Translations under genes and position numbers: made by a program | Shown here: one piece after another, positions 39,102-48,942 of the stretch | Layout of the letters: each line of letters starts with the position of its first letter | Position numbering within the stretch: position 1 is the stretch's first letter | Notes under the pieces: model-generated | What the model was told of the DNA's origin: nothing | The model's database searches: none | Seen by the model: only the letters and a program-made list of their open reading frames with translations | Assembly (NCBI GenBank): GCA_902779765.1 | Contig: CACZCQ010000007.1 | Coordinates: forward strand, 114,138 to 178,137 | From: an uncultured Bacteroidia bacterium | Lineage (GTDB): Bacteria; Bacteroidota; Bacteroidia; Bacteroidales; UBA932 | Direction of reading: 5' to 3' | Length of the DNA: 64,000 nt

Positions 39102-40640
39102 TTAAAGTTTCCTGAGGAGGTTGGACATGTTGACTTTCCTGTCGATCATCGCGCGCAGTTCGGAAATCGGGACGCGGGTCTGCTCCATGGTGTCGCGGTC
39201 GCGCACGGTCACGCTGTTGTCGGTCATGGTGTCATTGTCGATCGTTACGCAGAAAGGCGTGCCTATGGCATCCTGACGGCGATACCTCTTACCGATGGAG
39301 TCTTTCTCGTCGTACTGGTAGGCGAAGTCATACTTCAGTTCATTGACCACCTCCTGGGCTTTCTCGGGAAGGCCGTCTTTCTTTACGAGAGGGAGTATGG
39401 CCACCTTGACGGGTGCAAGGGGAGCGGGGATGCTGAGCACGACGCGGGATTCTCCGCCTTCGAGCTGTTCGACCTTATAGGAGTGGCTGAGGATTGCCAG
39501 GAACATACGGTCGACACCGATGGAGGTTTCGACACAGTACGGAACATAGCTCTCGCCAGTTTCAGGATCGAAGTACTGGATCTTCTTTCCGCTGATCTTC
39601 TGGTGGTTTCCGAGGTCGAAGTCGGTCCTTGAATGGATGCCTTCAAGCTCCTTGAATCCGAACGGGAAGTTGAATTCGATGTCGGTGGCGGCGTTGGCGT
39701 AGTGGGCCAGTTTCTCGTGGTCGTGGAAGCGGTAGTTCTCCGCACCCATTCCGAGGCTGACATGCCACTTCATGCGGTTCTCCTTCCACTTTGCGAACCA
39801 TTCCATCTCGGTTCCGGGGCGGCAGAAGAACTCCATCTCCATCTGTTCGAATTCCTTCATGCGGAAAATGAACTGCCTGGCCACGATCTCGTTGCGGAAG
39901 GCCTTGCCGATCTGGGCGATTCCGAAAGGAATCTTCATACGGCCGGTCTTCTGGACGTTGAGATATTCGACGAATATACCCTGGGCCGTTTCAGGACGGA
40001 GATAAAGGACATCGTCGGAGTTGCCTGTCGTGGAGCCCTGGGTGCTGAACATGAGGTTGAACTGACGCACCTCGGTCCAGTTGGCGGTTCCGGAAATGGG
40101 GCAGACGATTCCGCAGTCGATGATTATGTCCCTGTAAGCCTTGAGGTCGTTGGCATCTTCCGCTGCCTTGTAACGGGCGTGGACCTCGTCGTATTTCTTC
40201 TTTTCACGGAGGACGTTGGGATTCGTAGCCCTGAACTGCTCCTCGTTGAAGGCGTCACCGAACTTCTTGCGGCCCTTGGCCACTTCCTTCTCTATTTTCT
40301 CCTCGATCTTGCCGAGATAGTCTTCGATGAGGTTGTCGGCACGGTAGCGCTTCTTTGAATCCTTGTTGTCGATCAGGGGGTCGTTGAAGGCGGCGACGTG
40401 ACCTGAAGCGACCCAGGTCTTGGGATGCATGAAAACGCAGGAGTCGATACCTACGACATTCTCGTTCAGGCGGGTCATAGCCTCCCACCAGTAACGCTTG
40501 ATGTTGTTCTTAAGTTCCACACCCATCTGGCCATAGTCATAAACAGCAGCCAGTCCGTCGTAAATCTCGCTTGAAGGGAAGATGAATCCGTATTCCTTGC
40601 AATGTGCGACAAGCACCTTGAAGAGTTCGTCCTGTGTCAT
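39102..40640 (-). CDS. glyQS: Glycine--tRNA ligase (alpha2 type)
   Basis: YLRPETAQG, GKAFRNE, LAHYA, GIHSRTDFD, IGKRYRRQD. Confidence 0.96.
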   Translation of the reverse strand: MTQDELFKVLVAHCKEYGFIFPSSEIYDGLAAVYDYGQMGVELKNNIKRYWWEAMTRLNENVVGIDSCVFMHPKTWVASGHVAAFNDPLIDNKDSKKRYRADNLIEDYLGKIEEKIEKEVAKGRKKFGDAFNEEQFRATNPNVLREKKKYDEVHARYKAAEDANDLKAYRDIIIDCGIVCPISGTANWTEVRQFNLMFSTQGSTTGNSDDVLYLRPETAQGIFVEYLNVQKTGRMKIPFGIAQIGKAFRNEIVARQFIFRMKEFEQMEMEFFCRPGTEMEWFAKWKENRMKWHVSLGMGAENYRFHDHEKLAHYANAATDIEFNFPFGFKELEGIHSRTDFDLGNHQKISGKKIQYFDPETGESYVPYCVETSIGVDRMFLAILSHSYKVEQLEGGESRVVLSIPAPLAPVKVAILPLVKKDGLPEKAQEVVNELKYDFAYQYDEKDSIGKRYRRQDAIGTPFCVTIDNDTMTDNSVTVRDRDTMEQTRVPISELRAMIDRKVNMSNLLRKL

Positions 40641-40678
40641 TTTATCTTGAGTTATTTAAAATTCTATAATCCAACCCG

Positions 40679-40686
40679 CAAAGGTA
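40679..40686 (-). promoter_or_regulatory. -7 element for glyQS
   Basis: TACCTTTG on the minus strand. Confidence 0.6.
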
Positions 40687-40697
40687 ATCATTTTCTA

Positions 40698-42107
40698 CTA
40701 TTTCCGGTAAGGTGAATATACCCCTATTTCGACAATTGCGAGCGTACCGTCCCATTCCTTGAAACGGACCCGGACGGCATCGGCCGGAACCGTCGGGAAG
40801 CGGTGGATATGTACGCGGCCGGTCACCTCCGGTCCCCGAGCTTGTCGAAGGGCCGGTGTTTGCATCCAATGGCCGCCGTCAAGATATTCGATGACAAAAT
40901 CCTTAATGGATCCGGCTTCTTTCTCCGTGACCACCACCATGTTTACAGGGGTTTTCCTGTCCAGGCTGACCATCCACCACGGGTCTTTTACCGCGGGGCT
41001 GGACACCCAGCATGTCCCGAAGTTGTCATCGTTAGCGAAATCCATTATGTTCATGTCGTCCGACCAGGATGAGTCACAAGGCCTGCCAACAGCTATGTTG
41101 ATGTCGGTGATCGGAGCGGGAGCCTGCGGTACATCCACGATATGCCCCGAGTTCTTCCAGATGCTGCCGATCCTCTTCATGGCCGCAACTGCGTTTTCAT
41201 CGATCAGGCCGTCCTTGTTGGGTGCGGCGTTGAGGATGTAGGTGCAATAGGCTTCATTATAAGGGATTATGTTCTCCCTTACGATCCTGTCCACATCCTT
41301 CAGTTCGTCGGAGGGGAAGGATTCCTTCCAGAACCAGGTCCTCTGGAGGGGATAGCAGGACATTGCCGGGAGGCGGTTGGTCTCGGCCGATATCTTCTGT
41401 CCGGCGCCCTGCTCATAACACCTAATATCCGAGTAGAACAGGGCTTCCTGGGGATATTTCGCCCCGTTGAGGTCCATGACCAGGCAGTTGGGCTGAAGCT
41501 CCTTCACGAATGAATATATCTCCGGAAAAGGAACGTCGGTGTAGGATATGCGGCCCCACGGAGCGTCCCATCCGTCGAACATGATGGTGTTGACAGGGCC
41601 GTAGTTTGTCAGGAGTTCACGTAACTGCTCCTTGATGAAGTCCACTTTCTCCCTGTTGAAGGGGATTGTCGGGCGGATCCTGTGATGGGTGTCCAGGATT
41701 GAGAAATGGAACATCACCTGCATCCCTTCCTTTTGAAGGGACGTGACAAGTTCTCCCAGGACATCCCTGTGAAGGGGAGACGACATAACGCTGTAATCGG
41801 TCGTCTTCGTATTCCACATGCAGAACCCGGCATGGTGCTTCACGGACACGCAGATGAACCTGCATCCGGCGGCCTTGGCGGTCCTGACCCACTGGTCGGT
41901 GTCCAGTTTCGCCGGGAGGAAAACCTCCGGGCCGACATTCGGATCCGTCCAGTCCGCCCCCTGGTATGTAGGAAGGCCGAAATGAACGAACATTCCGAAC
42001 CTGAGGTCCACGAATTCCTGCTGAAGCCTGTGGAGGTCCTTGTCCTGCCCGGATGAGGCAAAGCATGAAACGGCAAGGAACGATAAGATGGTCAAAAGCT
42101 TCTTCAT
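40698..42107 (-). CDS. GH29 alpha-L-fucosidase with C-terminal F5/8 (CBM32-like) domain
   Basis: RFGMFVHFG, KHHAGFCMW, IMFDGW; C-terminal discoidin-like NIAVGRP...WWMVSL. Confidence 0.88.
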   Translation of the reverse strand: MKKLLTILSFLAVSCFASSGQDKDLHRLQQEFVDLRFGMFVHFGLPTYQGADWTDPNVGPEVFLPAKLDTDQWVRTAKAAGCRFICVSVKHHAGFCMWNTKTTDYSVMSSPLHRDVLGELVTSLQKEGMQVMFHFSILDTHHRIRPTIPFNREKVDFIKEQLRELLTNYGPVNTIMFDGWDAPWGRISYTDVPFPEIYSFVKELQPNCLVMDLNGAKYPQEALFYSDIRCYEQGAGQKISAETNRLPAMSCYPLQRTWFWKESFPSDELKDVDRIVRENIIPYNEAYCTYILNAAPNKDGLIDENAVAAMKRIGSIWKNSGHIVDVPQAPAPITDINIAVGRPCDSSWSDDMNIMDFANDDNFGTCWVSSPAVKDPWWMVSLDRKTPVNMVVVTEKEAGSIKDFVIEYLDGGHWMQTPALRQARGPEVTGRVHIHRFPTVPADAVRVRFKEWDGTLAIVEIGVYSPYRK

Positions 42108-42156
42108 ATCGCTAAGGTACTAAAATAATTTGTACCTTTATGGTCAAGACTGTTCT

Positions 42157-43497
42157 ATGATGGATTCAAAGCAAAGGATTGCGAACGCACTCAAGGTTGC
42201 GTCTGACACCAAGGTGTTCGAAATGGGAGGTGGAGTCAGCAGTCTCGCCCCCGAGGTTTTCAAGGGTTTGTTTCCGGGCCGCAAGGCTAAGGTGATCGCG
42301 GACATCAACACGTGGCCCGCGCTTGGCGAGAAGGTGTTCTCCCTTTTCCAGGAAGCCGGTATTCCTACCGAGAAATTCATTATTTGGGAAAAGGAGTTCC
42401 ACGCCGAATGGGAATATGTCGAAATGGTCGACAAGGAACTGGACGGAGGATACATTGCCGTCTCCGTCGGTTCAGGAGTCATCAACGACCTTTGCAAGCT
42501 TTGCTCCCATCACCATAACCAGCAATATCTTACGCTTCCTACTGCGGCTTCCGTGGATGGATATTCATCTTTCGGGGCATCGATCTCCTATCAGAATTCC
42601 AAGCAGACGTTTTCCTGCCCTGCGCCGGTGGCCATCATCGCCGATATCGACGTGATTGCCGCCGCTCCCAAGGAGATGACGGCCGCAGGTTATGCCGACC
42701 TTGCCGCCAAGGTTCCTGCCGGCGCGGAATGGATGGTGGCGGACCTTATGGGCACTGCTCCCATAAAGCCTGATGCCTGGCATGTCCTGCAGGACTACCT
42801 GGACGACCTTCTGGCAAATCCCGAAGGTGTGGCTGCCGGAGATCCCGGTGCCGTTGCAGACCTTTTCGAAGGCCTGACCCTCAGCGGAATCGCCATGCAG
42901 GCGGCCCAGTCAAGCCGTCCAGCTTCCTGCTGCGACCACCTGTTCAGCCATATCCTGGATATGACCCATCACCGCTACCAGGGCAAGCTCCAGTCGCACG
43001 GTTTCCAGGTGGCGATAGGCACCCTGACCATGTGTGCCGTATTTGACGAACTGTTCAAGATGGACCTGACGAAGCTCGATGTGGATGCCTGCGTGAAGGC
43101 CTGGCCGACATTGGAGCAGGAGCAGCAGAGAGCCGTCGAAATATTCAAGGACTTCCCGGCTCCGACGTTGGGGTACGACAATATCACCAAGAAATACAAC
43201 GACGCCGCAACGGTAGGCGAGCAGCTTGCGAGGTTCCGTGACACCTGGCCGGAGTTCAAGGAGAAGCTGCAGGGTCAGGTATATCCTTTCAGGAAGATGC
43301 AGGACCTGTTCAAGGCTGCCGGAGCGCCGTATGACCCTTCAATGATAGGTGTAACCAGGGAGCAACTCAGGGATATGTTCCCCATCGTCCAGCTAATGCG
43401 TCACAGGATGAACGTCCTTGACCTTGCCAAGAGGGGAATGTTCTATGACACTCTGGTTGAAGGAGTATTCGCCCGCGGTGGAGCGTGGGAGATCTAA
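42157..43497 (+). CDS. sn-glycerol-1-phosphate dehydrogenase (AraM/EgsA-like)
   Basis: SVGSGVINDLCK, PTAASVDGY, GYADL, SRPAS..HLFSH, HGFQV. Confidence 0.8.
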   Translation: MMDSKQRIANALKVASDTKVFEMGGGVSSLAPEVFKGLFPGRKAKVIADINTWPALGEKVFSLFQEAGIPTEKFIIWEKEFHAEWEYVEMVDKELDGGYIAVSVGSGVINDLCKLCSHHHNQQYLTLPTAASVDGYSSFGASISYQNSKQTFSCPAPVAIIADIDVIAAAPKEMTAAGYADLAAKVPAGAEWMVADLMGTAPIKPDAWHVLQDYLDDLLANPEGVAAGDPGAVADLFEGLTLSGIAMQAAQSSRPASCCDHLFSHILDMTHHRYQGKLQSHGFQVAIGTLTMCAVFDELFKMDLTKLDVDACVKAWPTLEQEQQRAVEIFKDFPAPTLGYDNITKKYNDAATVGEQLARFRDTWPEFKEKLQGQVYPFRKMQDLFKAAGAPYDPSMIGVTREQLRDMFPIVQLMRHRMNVLDLAKRGMFYDTLVEGVFARGGAWEI

Positions 43498-43507
43498 AGC
43501 TTGACGG

Positions 43508-43906
43508 ATGACAGTCAGAGGTAAAGGAGAACCCGGTTTTGCAAAAGGGAGGGCGTTCGTGGTGGATGACCGCGGACAGAGGAATCCTTTCGAGGATATT
43601 CCCCCGGGCAGCGTGCTGATTGCCAAGACCATCTCCTTGTCTGATTCCGTGATGATCGATTTCAAGAAGGTTGTCGGAATGGTTACTGAGGAGGAGGATT
43701 ACGCCGGGCACGTGGGTCTTCTTTCCAGAGGGCTGGGTATTCCGGCTGTAGTCGGTGTCGGCGGTTGCATGAGCGATATCTTCAACGGGGACAGGATCCT
43801 TATCCGGAACCTGGATGTCCTGGTCAATCCGGACCTGTCGGAGGTCGAGGAGTTCGACAGGCTCAGGAGGGAGGCCGATCCCCAGCTCAGTCTTGACCTG
43901 CAATAG
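43508..43906 (+). CDS. Stand-alone PEP-utilising enzyme mobile (swivelling His) domain protein
   Basis: VLIA, GMVT..AGHVGLLSRGLGIPAVVG, GDRILI, VLVNPD; 132 aa. Confidence 0.75.
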   Translation: MTVRGKGEPGFAKGRAFVVDDRGQRNPFEDIPPGSVLIAKTISLSDSVMIDFKKVVGMVTEEEDYAGHVGLLSRGLGIPAVVGVGGCMSDIFNGDRILIRNLDVLVNPDLSEVEEFDRLRREADPQLSLDLQ

Positions 43907-45410
43907 ACTGGACTTCCTTCATCACCCTCATGAAATTACCTCCCCAGAAGCCTCTGATCTGGTCTCTGGTATAGCCGTGTTCCAGCATTTTCACAGTGAT
44001 GTTGATGAGGTCGTTGTCGCCGTTGCAGCCGATGACACCGCCACCTCCATCGAAATCGCTTCCGATACCGACATGTTCAACACCAGCAACTTCTACACAA
44101 TGGTTGAAATGGGACATCATGTCGTCGATGGAAGACTTGCCGGGGTTCCTTGTCAGGAATTCCGATACGGTGTATACCTGAATCACGCCGCCTTTTTCCG
44201 CAAGGGCCTTCAGCTGCCTGTCGTCCAGGCCGCGGTCGTGACCGTAGATCGCCTTCGCGCCGGAGTGGGAGCATATTATTGGAGCCTTGCTGTACTTGAT
44301 GCAGTCCCAGAATGTCCCGGCTGAAGGATGTGACAGGTCTATCATCAGACCCTGGCGGTTCATCTCTTCAACGACTTTGATTCCGAAGTCGGTAAGTCCT
44401 TTCGAAGGGTTGCTCCCGTGTTTTGATGAGGTATTGCAGACAGCATTGTCCCGGAAGTGGCAGAGAGTGATATAGACAACTCCCAGGTCCCTCATCTTCT
44501 TTATGTTACTAATATCGTTACCGATACCGTAGGCATTTTCCAACCCTATGAAGAAGGCCTTCCTGCCTTGCTTGACCAGAGCCTCCGCCTCTTCCGGAGA
44601 GGTGGCAAGCCCGCAGGCTTCAGGGTACTTCCCGATATCCTCCTTAATTTCCCTGATCTGTTTCAGGTTCTTTTCCACTGCACGCCTGGAAGAAACCTCA
44701 TTCGAAGGTCCCTGCCATAGAAAACTGATGAGGACTTGTGAATCAAGGCCGCCTTCGTCCATCTTCTGGATGCTGCTTTGACTTAATGAGCGTTTCCCTA
44801 CAGAGGCTCCAGGATATCCCTCGGGAAGGTCACAGTGGGTGTCGACCGTGAAGATTTCGCCCATCAGTTCTTTCGCCATACGGAATGTAAAGGCCTTGGA
44901 TGAGAGATCTTCCATAGTAAGGATATCACCCGGCATCCTCCTGAGCCCGGAATCTATGGCCCTGGTCAGCGGGGAAGAACCGATATGCGGTATATTCCTG
45001 TCGGCTACGGCCTTATAGAACAGGACGGAATAAAGGTCGTCTTTCCTGACCCATCCTTCAGGCATCACCGCTCCGTCCCACATCGCAGCCATATCCCTTA
45101 TCCGGGCATAGGGATTGTCCAGCGATTCCAACGGAGGAACGTCAATGGGTCGTGCTCCGGCCAGTCGGACCATGGTCTTGAGATATTCCTTTTCCGGGCA
45201 GTCCGGAATGGCGATCCGTGATTCCAGCAAACCGGTTTCTGCCGTACCTGGAATGTCTGCAATATCCTTGGGGATGTACAGGGAAGCTTCCGAGTCCGCC
45301 TTGTTGAAAATCTTCCGGACTTCTTCAGGATAGCTAAGGGTCTGGCCTCCTGACGAAAGGGAGATCAGCAAGGAAGATATTACCGGAAATATGATGCGCG
45401 GCAGTTTCAT
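43887..45410 (-). CDS. Membrane dipeptidase (M19) with degenerate N-terminal domain
   Basis: VDTHCD, GLENA, LCH, IDLSH, CSHSG, HVGIGSDFDG, GGNFMRV. Confidence 0.88.
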   Translation of the reverse strand: MKLPRIIFPVISSLLISLSSGGQTLSYPEEVRKIFNKADSEASLYIPKDIADIPGTAETGLLESRIAIPDCPEKEYLKTMVRLAGARPIDVPPLESLDNPYARIRDMAAMWDGAVMPEGWVRKDDLYSVLFYKAVADRNIPHIGSSPLTRAIDSGLRRMPGDILTMEDLSSKAFTFRMAKELMGEIFTVDTHCDLPEGYPGASVGKRSLSQSSIQKMDEGGLDSQVLISFLWQGPSNEVSSRRAVEKNLKQIREIKEDIGKYPEACGLATSPEEAEALVKQGRKAFFIGLENAYGIGNDISNIKKMRDLGVVYITLCHFRDNAVCNTSSKHGSNPSKGLTDFGIKVVEEMNRQGLMIDLSHPSAGTFWDCIKYSKAPIICSHSGAKAIYGHDRGLDDRQLKALAEKGGVIQVYTVSEFLTRNPGKSSIDDMMSHFNHCVEVAGVEHVGIGSDFDGGGGVIGCNGDNDLINITVKMLEHGYTRDQIRGFWGGNFMRVMKEVQSIAGQD

Positions 45411-45484
45411 GAAGCGGACAAAATTACGGAAAAATCATTAAATTGCAGTTGTCTGTTGACCTTGTATTAATAACGCTTGACATT

Positions 45485-47995
45485 ATGAGAAGAATCCTCG
45501 TTCTGGCTGCAGTGCTTTCTTCAGCAGCTCTTTCTGCACAGGAATGGAAGCCATCGGAATGGCCCGTTATGACTCACTATGACTCCGCCCATCTGAGGGA
45601 AGTCGCCCTGCCTCTCGGCGGGATCGGTACCGGCACCGTGTCGCTCGGAGGGCGAGGGGAACTTCGTGACTGGGAGATAATGAATGTTCCGGGGATCCAT
45701 TTCAATACCGGGGTTTCTGCTAGGAACGCTCCGTTCTTCGCGATACATACCGAGGATACAAAGGGGAACAAGACCACCGCCATGCTGGCCGGACCGCTGC
45801 TGCCGGGAGAATTCAACCATGGCTTCGGGGAGCCAGTCGACAATTTCGGAATGCCGAGGTTCCGCGATGCGTCATTCGATGCCGCATATCCTTTCGGCCA
45901 GGTCCATCTCTCGGACGAGGACTTGCCCGTAGCGGTGACGATAAAGGGCTTCAATCCCATGGTGCCGACGGATGCAGATGCCAGCGGTCTTCCCGTGGCG
46001 GTTCTGTCATATCAGGTAAGGAACCTTTCAAATGTCCCAATTGAAGTGTCGGTAAGCGGGTCTTTGCGCAACTTCATAGGCCGTGACGGAGTGGCCAATG
46101 ATGCAAAGGACAACAGGAACGAGTACCGTACTGGAACCGGACTGTCGGGTATTTATTTTTATTCCGAAGGTGTGCCAAAGGACCATCAGGCGTGGGGAAC
46201 GATCGCTTTGACGACGACTGCGACTGAAAACGTGAGCTTCCGTACTTCCTCCAAACGCAACGACTGGAATCAGGCCATACTGAACTTTTGGGACGATTTC
46301 AGTGCCGACGGGGTCTTGACGGAGAGGGATCCTTCAGGGGAACCTGACCCCATGGCCTCCCTGGCGGTCAAGAAGACTGTAGCCCCCGGAGCGGAGGAAT
46401 CGTTCACCTTCTACCTGACCTGGAGCTTCCCCAACAGGAAGGCCTGGTCGACACGCGTCGAAGGCAACTATTATTGCAAGGAATATCCTGACGCCTGGAC
46501 TGCCGCGGAAAAGATCATCCCCAGGATCCCGGACCTCGAGCGTCAGACCATCGGATTCGTGAATGCAATCAAGGAAAGCACTTTCCCTGACGCTGTCAAG
46601 GAAGCCGCCCTTTACAACCTTTCTGCTCTTCGCTCACAGACGGTGTTCCGTCTGCCTGACGGACATATGATGGGATGGGAAGGAACCGGCAACAATGCCG
46701 GTTCCTGCTACGGGTCGTGCACCCACGTATGGAACTATGAAGTTGCTACTCCGTTCCTTTTCGGAGAACTGGCTCAAAGCATGCGCGACGTGGAGTTCAC
46801 CTATGCCACCCGAGAAGATGACGGCTGCATGAATTTCCGTGCAACTCTTCCTTTGTCCACTGCCGCAGACGGTCATTCGGCCGCGGCTGACGGCCAGATG
46901 GGAACCATAATGAAAGCCTACAGGGAGTGGCAGCTGAGCGGAGATTCCGGTTTTCTTTCCAGCCACTGGCCCAGGATCAAGAAGGCACTTTCCTATGCGT
47001 GGGTAGAAAAAGGCTGGGACGGCAATCAGGACGGAGTTATGGAGGGCTCACAACATAATACGATGGATGTCAACTACTTCGGTCCCAATCCCCAGATGCA
47101 GTTCTGGTATATGGGGGCTCTCAGGGCAGCCGAGGAGATGGCCGTAGCAATGAAGGACAAGGCTTTCGCGAAGAAATGCCGGGAACTGTTCCTGAAGGGG
47201 AGTGCATGGACGGATGCCAATCTGTTCAACGGGGAATACTATGAGCAGAAGATTACTTCTCCCGAGACATTCGAATTCCTGGATATGGACGATCCGTATG
47301 TACGGATTCCGGATTACCAGCTCGGCAGGGGCTGCCTGGTGGACCAGCTTGTGGGGCAGTACATGGCCCATATTTGCGGCCTCGGGTATCTTGGTGACGA
47401 GGAACACATAAAGACGACCCTCCGCAGTATAATGAAATACAATTATGTCGAGGGAATAGGCCGTCGTTTCAACAACATGCGTTCCTATGCCCTCGGAGAC
47501 GAGAATGCCTTGCTTATGGCCGCCTGGCCCCACGGGCGCCTCGAGGTTCCTTTCCCCTATTTCGGAGAATGCATGACCGGCTTCGAATACTGCGCTGCAA
47601 CCGGGATGCTTTATGAAGGCCAGGTGGAGAACGGCCTCAAATGCATCATGTCGATCCGTGAACGTTACGAAGGCGCTAAAAGGAATCCTTTCAATGAACC
47701 GGAATGCGGATGGCACTATTCCCGTTCGATGGCCAGCTGGTCGGCTATCCTGGCTTTGAGTGATTTCCATTATTCAGGAGTCAGCAGGACCATGAACTTC
47801 ACCTCGTCTCCGGGTGTTTATTTTTGGAGCAACGGGTATTCTTACGGCACCTGCGAGGTCTCCGACACCTCAGTCAGGCTGAAGGTGATCAAGGGTTCAC
47901 TGAACCTGAAGACCCTTACCCTGACCGGTCGCAAAAAGGCTGTCGCCGAAGGAGTCGTATTGTCAGAAGGAGAGTCCGGTTCGTTCAGGATTTAA
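45485..47995 (+). CDS. GH116 (non-lysosomal glucosylceramidase-like) glycoside hydrolase
   Basis: PLGGIGTG, DGQMG, HNTMD, DQLVGQ, NPFNEPECG..YSRSMASW; signal peptide from MRRIL. Confidence 0.85.
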   Translation: MRRILVLAAVLSSAALSAQEWKPSEWPVMTHYDSAHLREVALPLGGIGTGTVSLGGRGELRDWEIMNVPGIHFNTGVSARNAPFFAIHTEDTKGNKTTAMLAGPLLPGEFNHGFGEPVDNFGMPRFRDASFDAAYPFGQVHLSDEDLPVAVTIKGFNPMVPTDADASGLPVAVLSYQVRNLSNVPIEVSVSGSLRNFIGRDGVANDAKDNRNEYRTGTGLSGIYFYSEGVPKDHQAWGTIALTTTATENVSFRTSSKRNDWNQAILNFWDDFSADGVLTERDPSGEPDPMASLAVKKTVAPGAEESFTFYLTWSFPNRKAWSTRVEGNYYCKEYPDAWTAAEKIIPRIPDLERQTIGFVNAIKESTFPDAVKEAALYNLSALRSQTVFRLPDGHMMGWEGTGNNAGSCYGSCTHVWNYEVATPFLFGELAQSMRDVEFTYATREDDGCMNFRATLPLSTAADGHSAAADGQMGTIMKAYREWQLSGDSGFLSSHWPRIKKALSYAWVEKGWDGNQDGVMEGSQHNTMDVNYFGPNPQMQFWYMGALRAAEEMAVAMKDKAFAKKCRELFLKGSAWTDANLFNGEYYEQKITSPETFEFLDMDDPYVRIPDYQLGRGCLVDQLVGQYMAHICGLGYLGDEEHIKTTLRSIMKYNYVEGIGRRFNNMRSYALGDENALLMAAWPHGRLEVPFPYFGECMTGFEYCAATGMLYEGQVENGLKCIMSIRERYEGAKRNPFNEPECGWHYSRSMASWSAILALSDFHYSGVSRTMNFTSSPGVYFWSNGYSYGTCEVSDTSVRLKVIKGSLNLKTLTLTGRKKAVAEGVVLSEGESGSFRI

Positions 47996-48002
47996 TGGTA
48001 TG

Positions 48003-48035
48003 AAAAAACTCGCATGGAGTCACACCAGGCGAGTT
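48003..48035 (-). terminator. Intrinsic terminator oriented for a minus-strand transcript
   Basis: Stem AACTCGC/GCGAGTT; the 6-nt A-tract at 48003-48008 gives a U-tract only on the minus strand. Confidence 0.7.
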
Positions 48036-48113
48036 CTGCAAAATAACCACTTATTCTAATGTCCCTGGTTTTGGATAGTTTGTTTTTGAATGAAACACCA
48101 GGGTCATCACTAA
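48003..48113 (-). ncRNA. Candidate ~110-nt sRNA or 18-aa small ORF transcript
   Basis: Minus-strand promoter ATTG-N20-TAGATTTG (48150-48119), internal hairpin, terminator; ORF 48107-48051 MTLVFHSKTNYPKPGTLE. Confidence 0.45.
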
Positions 48114-48183
48114 CGCCGCAAATCTAATTACATCCCTTGTGGAAGGCAATAGTAATTTATTGCTAATCAACTGGTAAATTATT

Positions 48184-48942
48184 GTGAGTAATATTTTGGC
48201 ACAAGCAAACTTCCGCACGGCGCTTCTGGACATCCTGATGCCCAGAAGGTGTATCGTTTGCAACGGTGTCCTTTCGTTGAAGGAAGACCATATATGTGCG
48301 TTCTGCCTTGCGGACATGCCAAGGACTTGCTTTGCCGGTCAACGGAACAACCAGATGTCCGGGCGGTTCAACGCCTTGGTCCAACGGGATTTGAATGGGA
48401 AGGGATTGGATCGTCCGGTGCCGTATTCATACGCCACTTCGCTGTTCTATTATCGTCCTGGTACCGGATACCGTGATATCACAAGGAGATTGAAATATCA
48501 TTCTGACCTTTCGGCAGGTCGCTATTTTGCCGGAATGCTCGGCCGCGAAATGGCGAGTTCTCCTCTGTTTTCAGATGTCGATGCCATAGTTTCCGTCCCT
48601 CTTCACTGGACAAGGAGATGGTCCAGGGGATATAACCAGGCTGAGTTAATTGCCAAGGTACTGTCCTCTTCACTTGGCAATGTCAGGGTTGCGGACATCC
48701 TGGTACGTCGCCGTAGGACCAGGACTCAGACACGGTTGGATCCGGAAAGTAAGATTGCGAACGTGTCCGGAGCTTTTCGATTGAAAAAGGGTGTGCGGTT
48801 GTCCGGATACAGGCATATATTGCTTGTAGACGATGTGTTTACTACAGGCGGAACCCTTCATGCATGCTACGTTGCCTTGAAAGATTCCTGTCCGGACAAT
48901 ACTAGGATTTCGGTCGCCACACTGGCTTTCGTAGGCTCTTGA
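48184..48942 (+). CDS. ComF-family double zinc ribbon/phosphoribosyltransferase protein
   Basis: CIVC...CAFC, VPLHW, RGYNQAE, LLVDDVFTTGGT. Confidence 0.9.
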   Translation: MSNILAQANFRTALLDILMPRRCIVCNGVLSLKEDHICAFCLADMPRTCFAGQRNNQMSGRFNALVQRDLNGKGLDRPVPYSYATSLFYYRPGTGYRDITRRLKYHSDLSAGRYFAGMLGREMASSPLFSDVDAIVSVPLHWTRRWSRGYNQAELIAKVLSSSLGNVRVADILVRRRRTRTQTRLDPESKIANVSGAFRLKKGVRLSGYRHILLVDDVFTTGGTLHACYVALKDSCPDNTRISVATLAFVGS

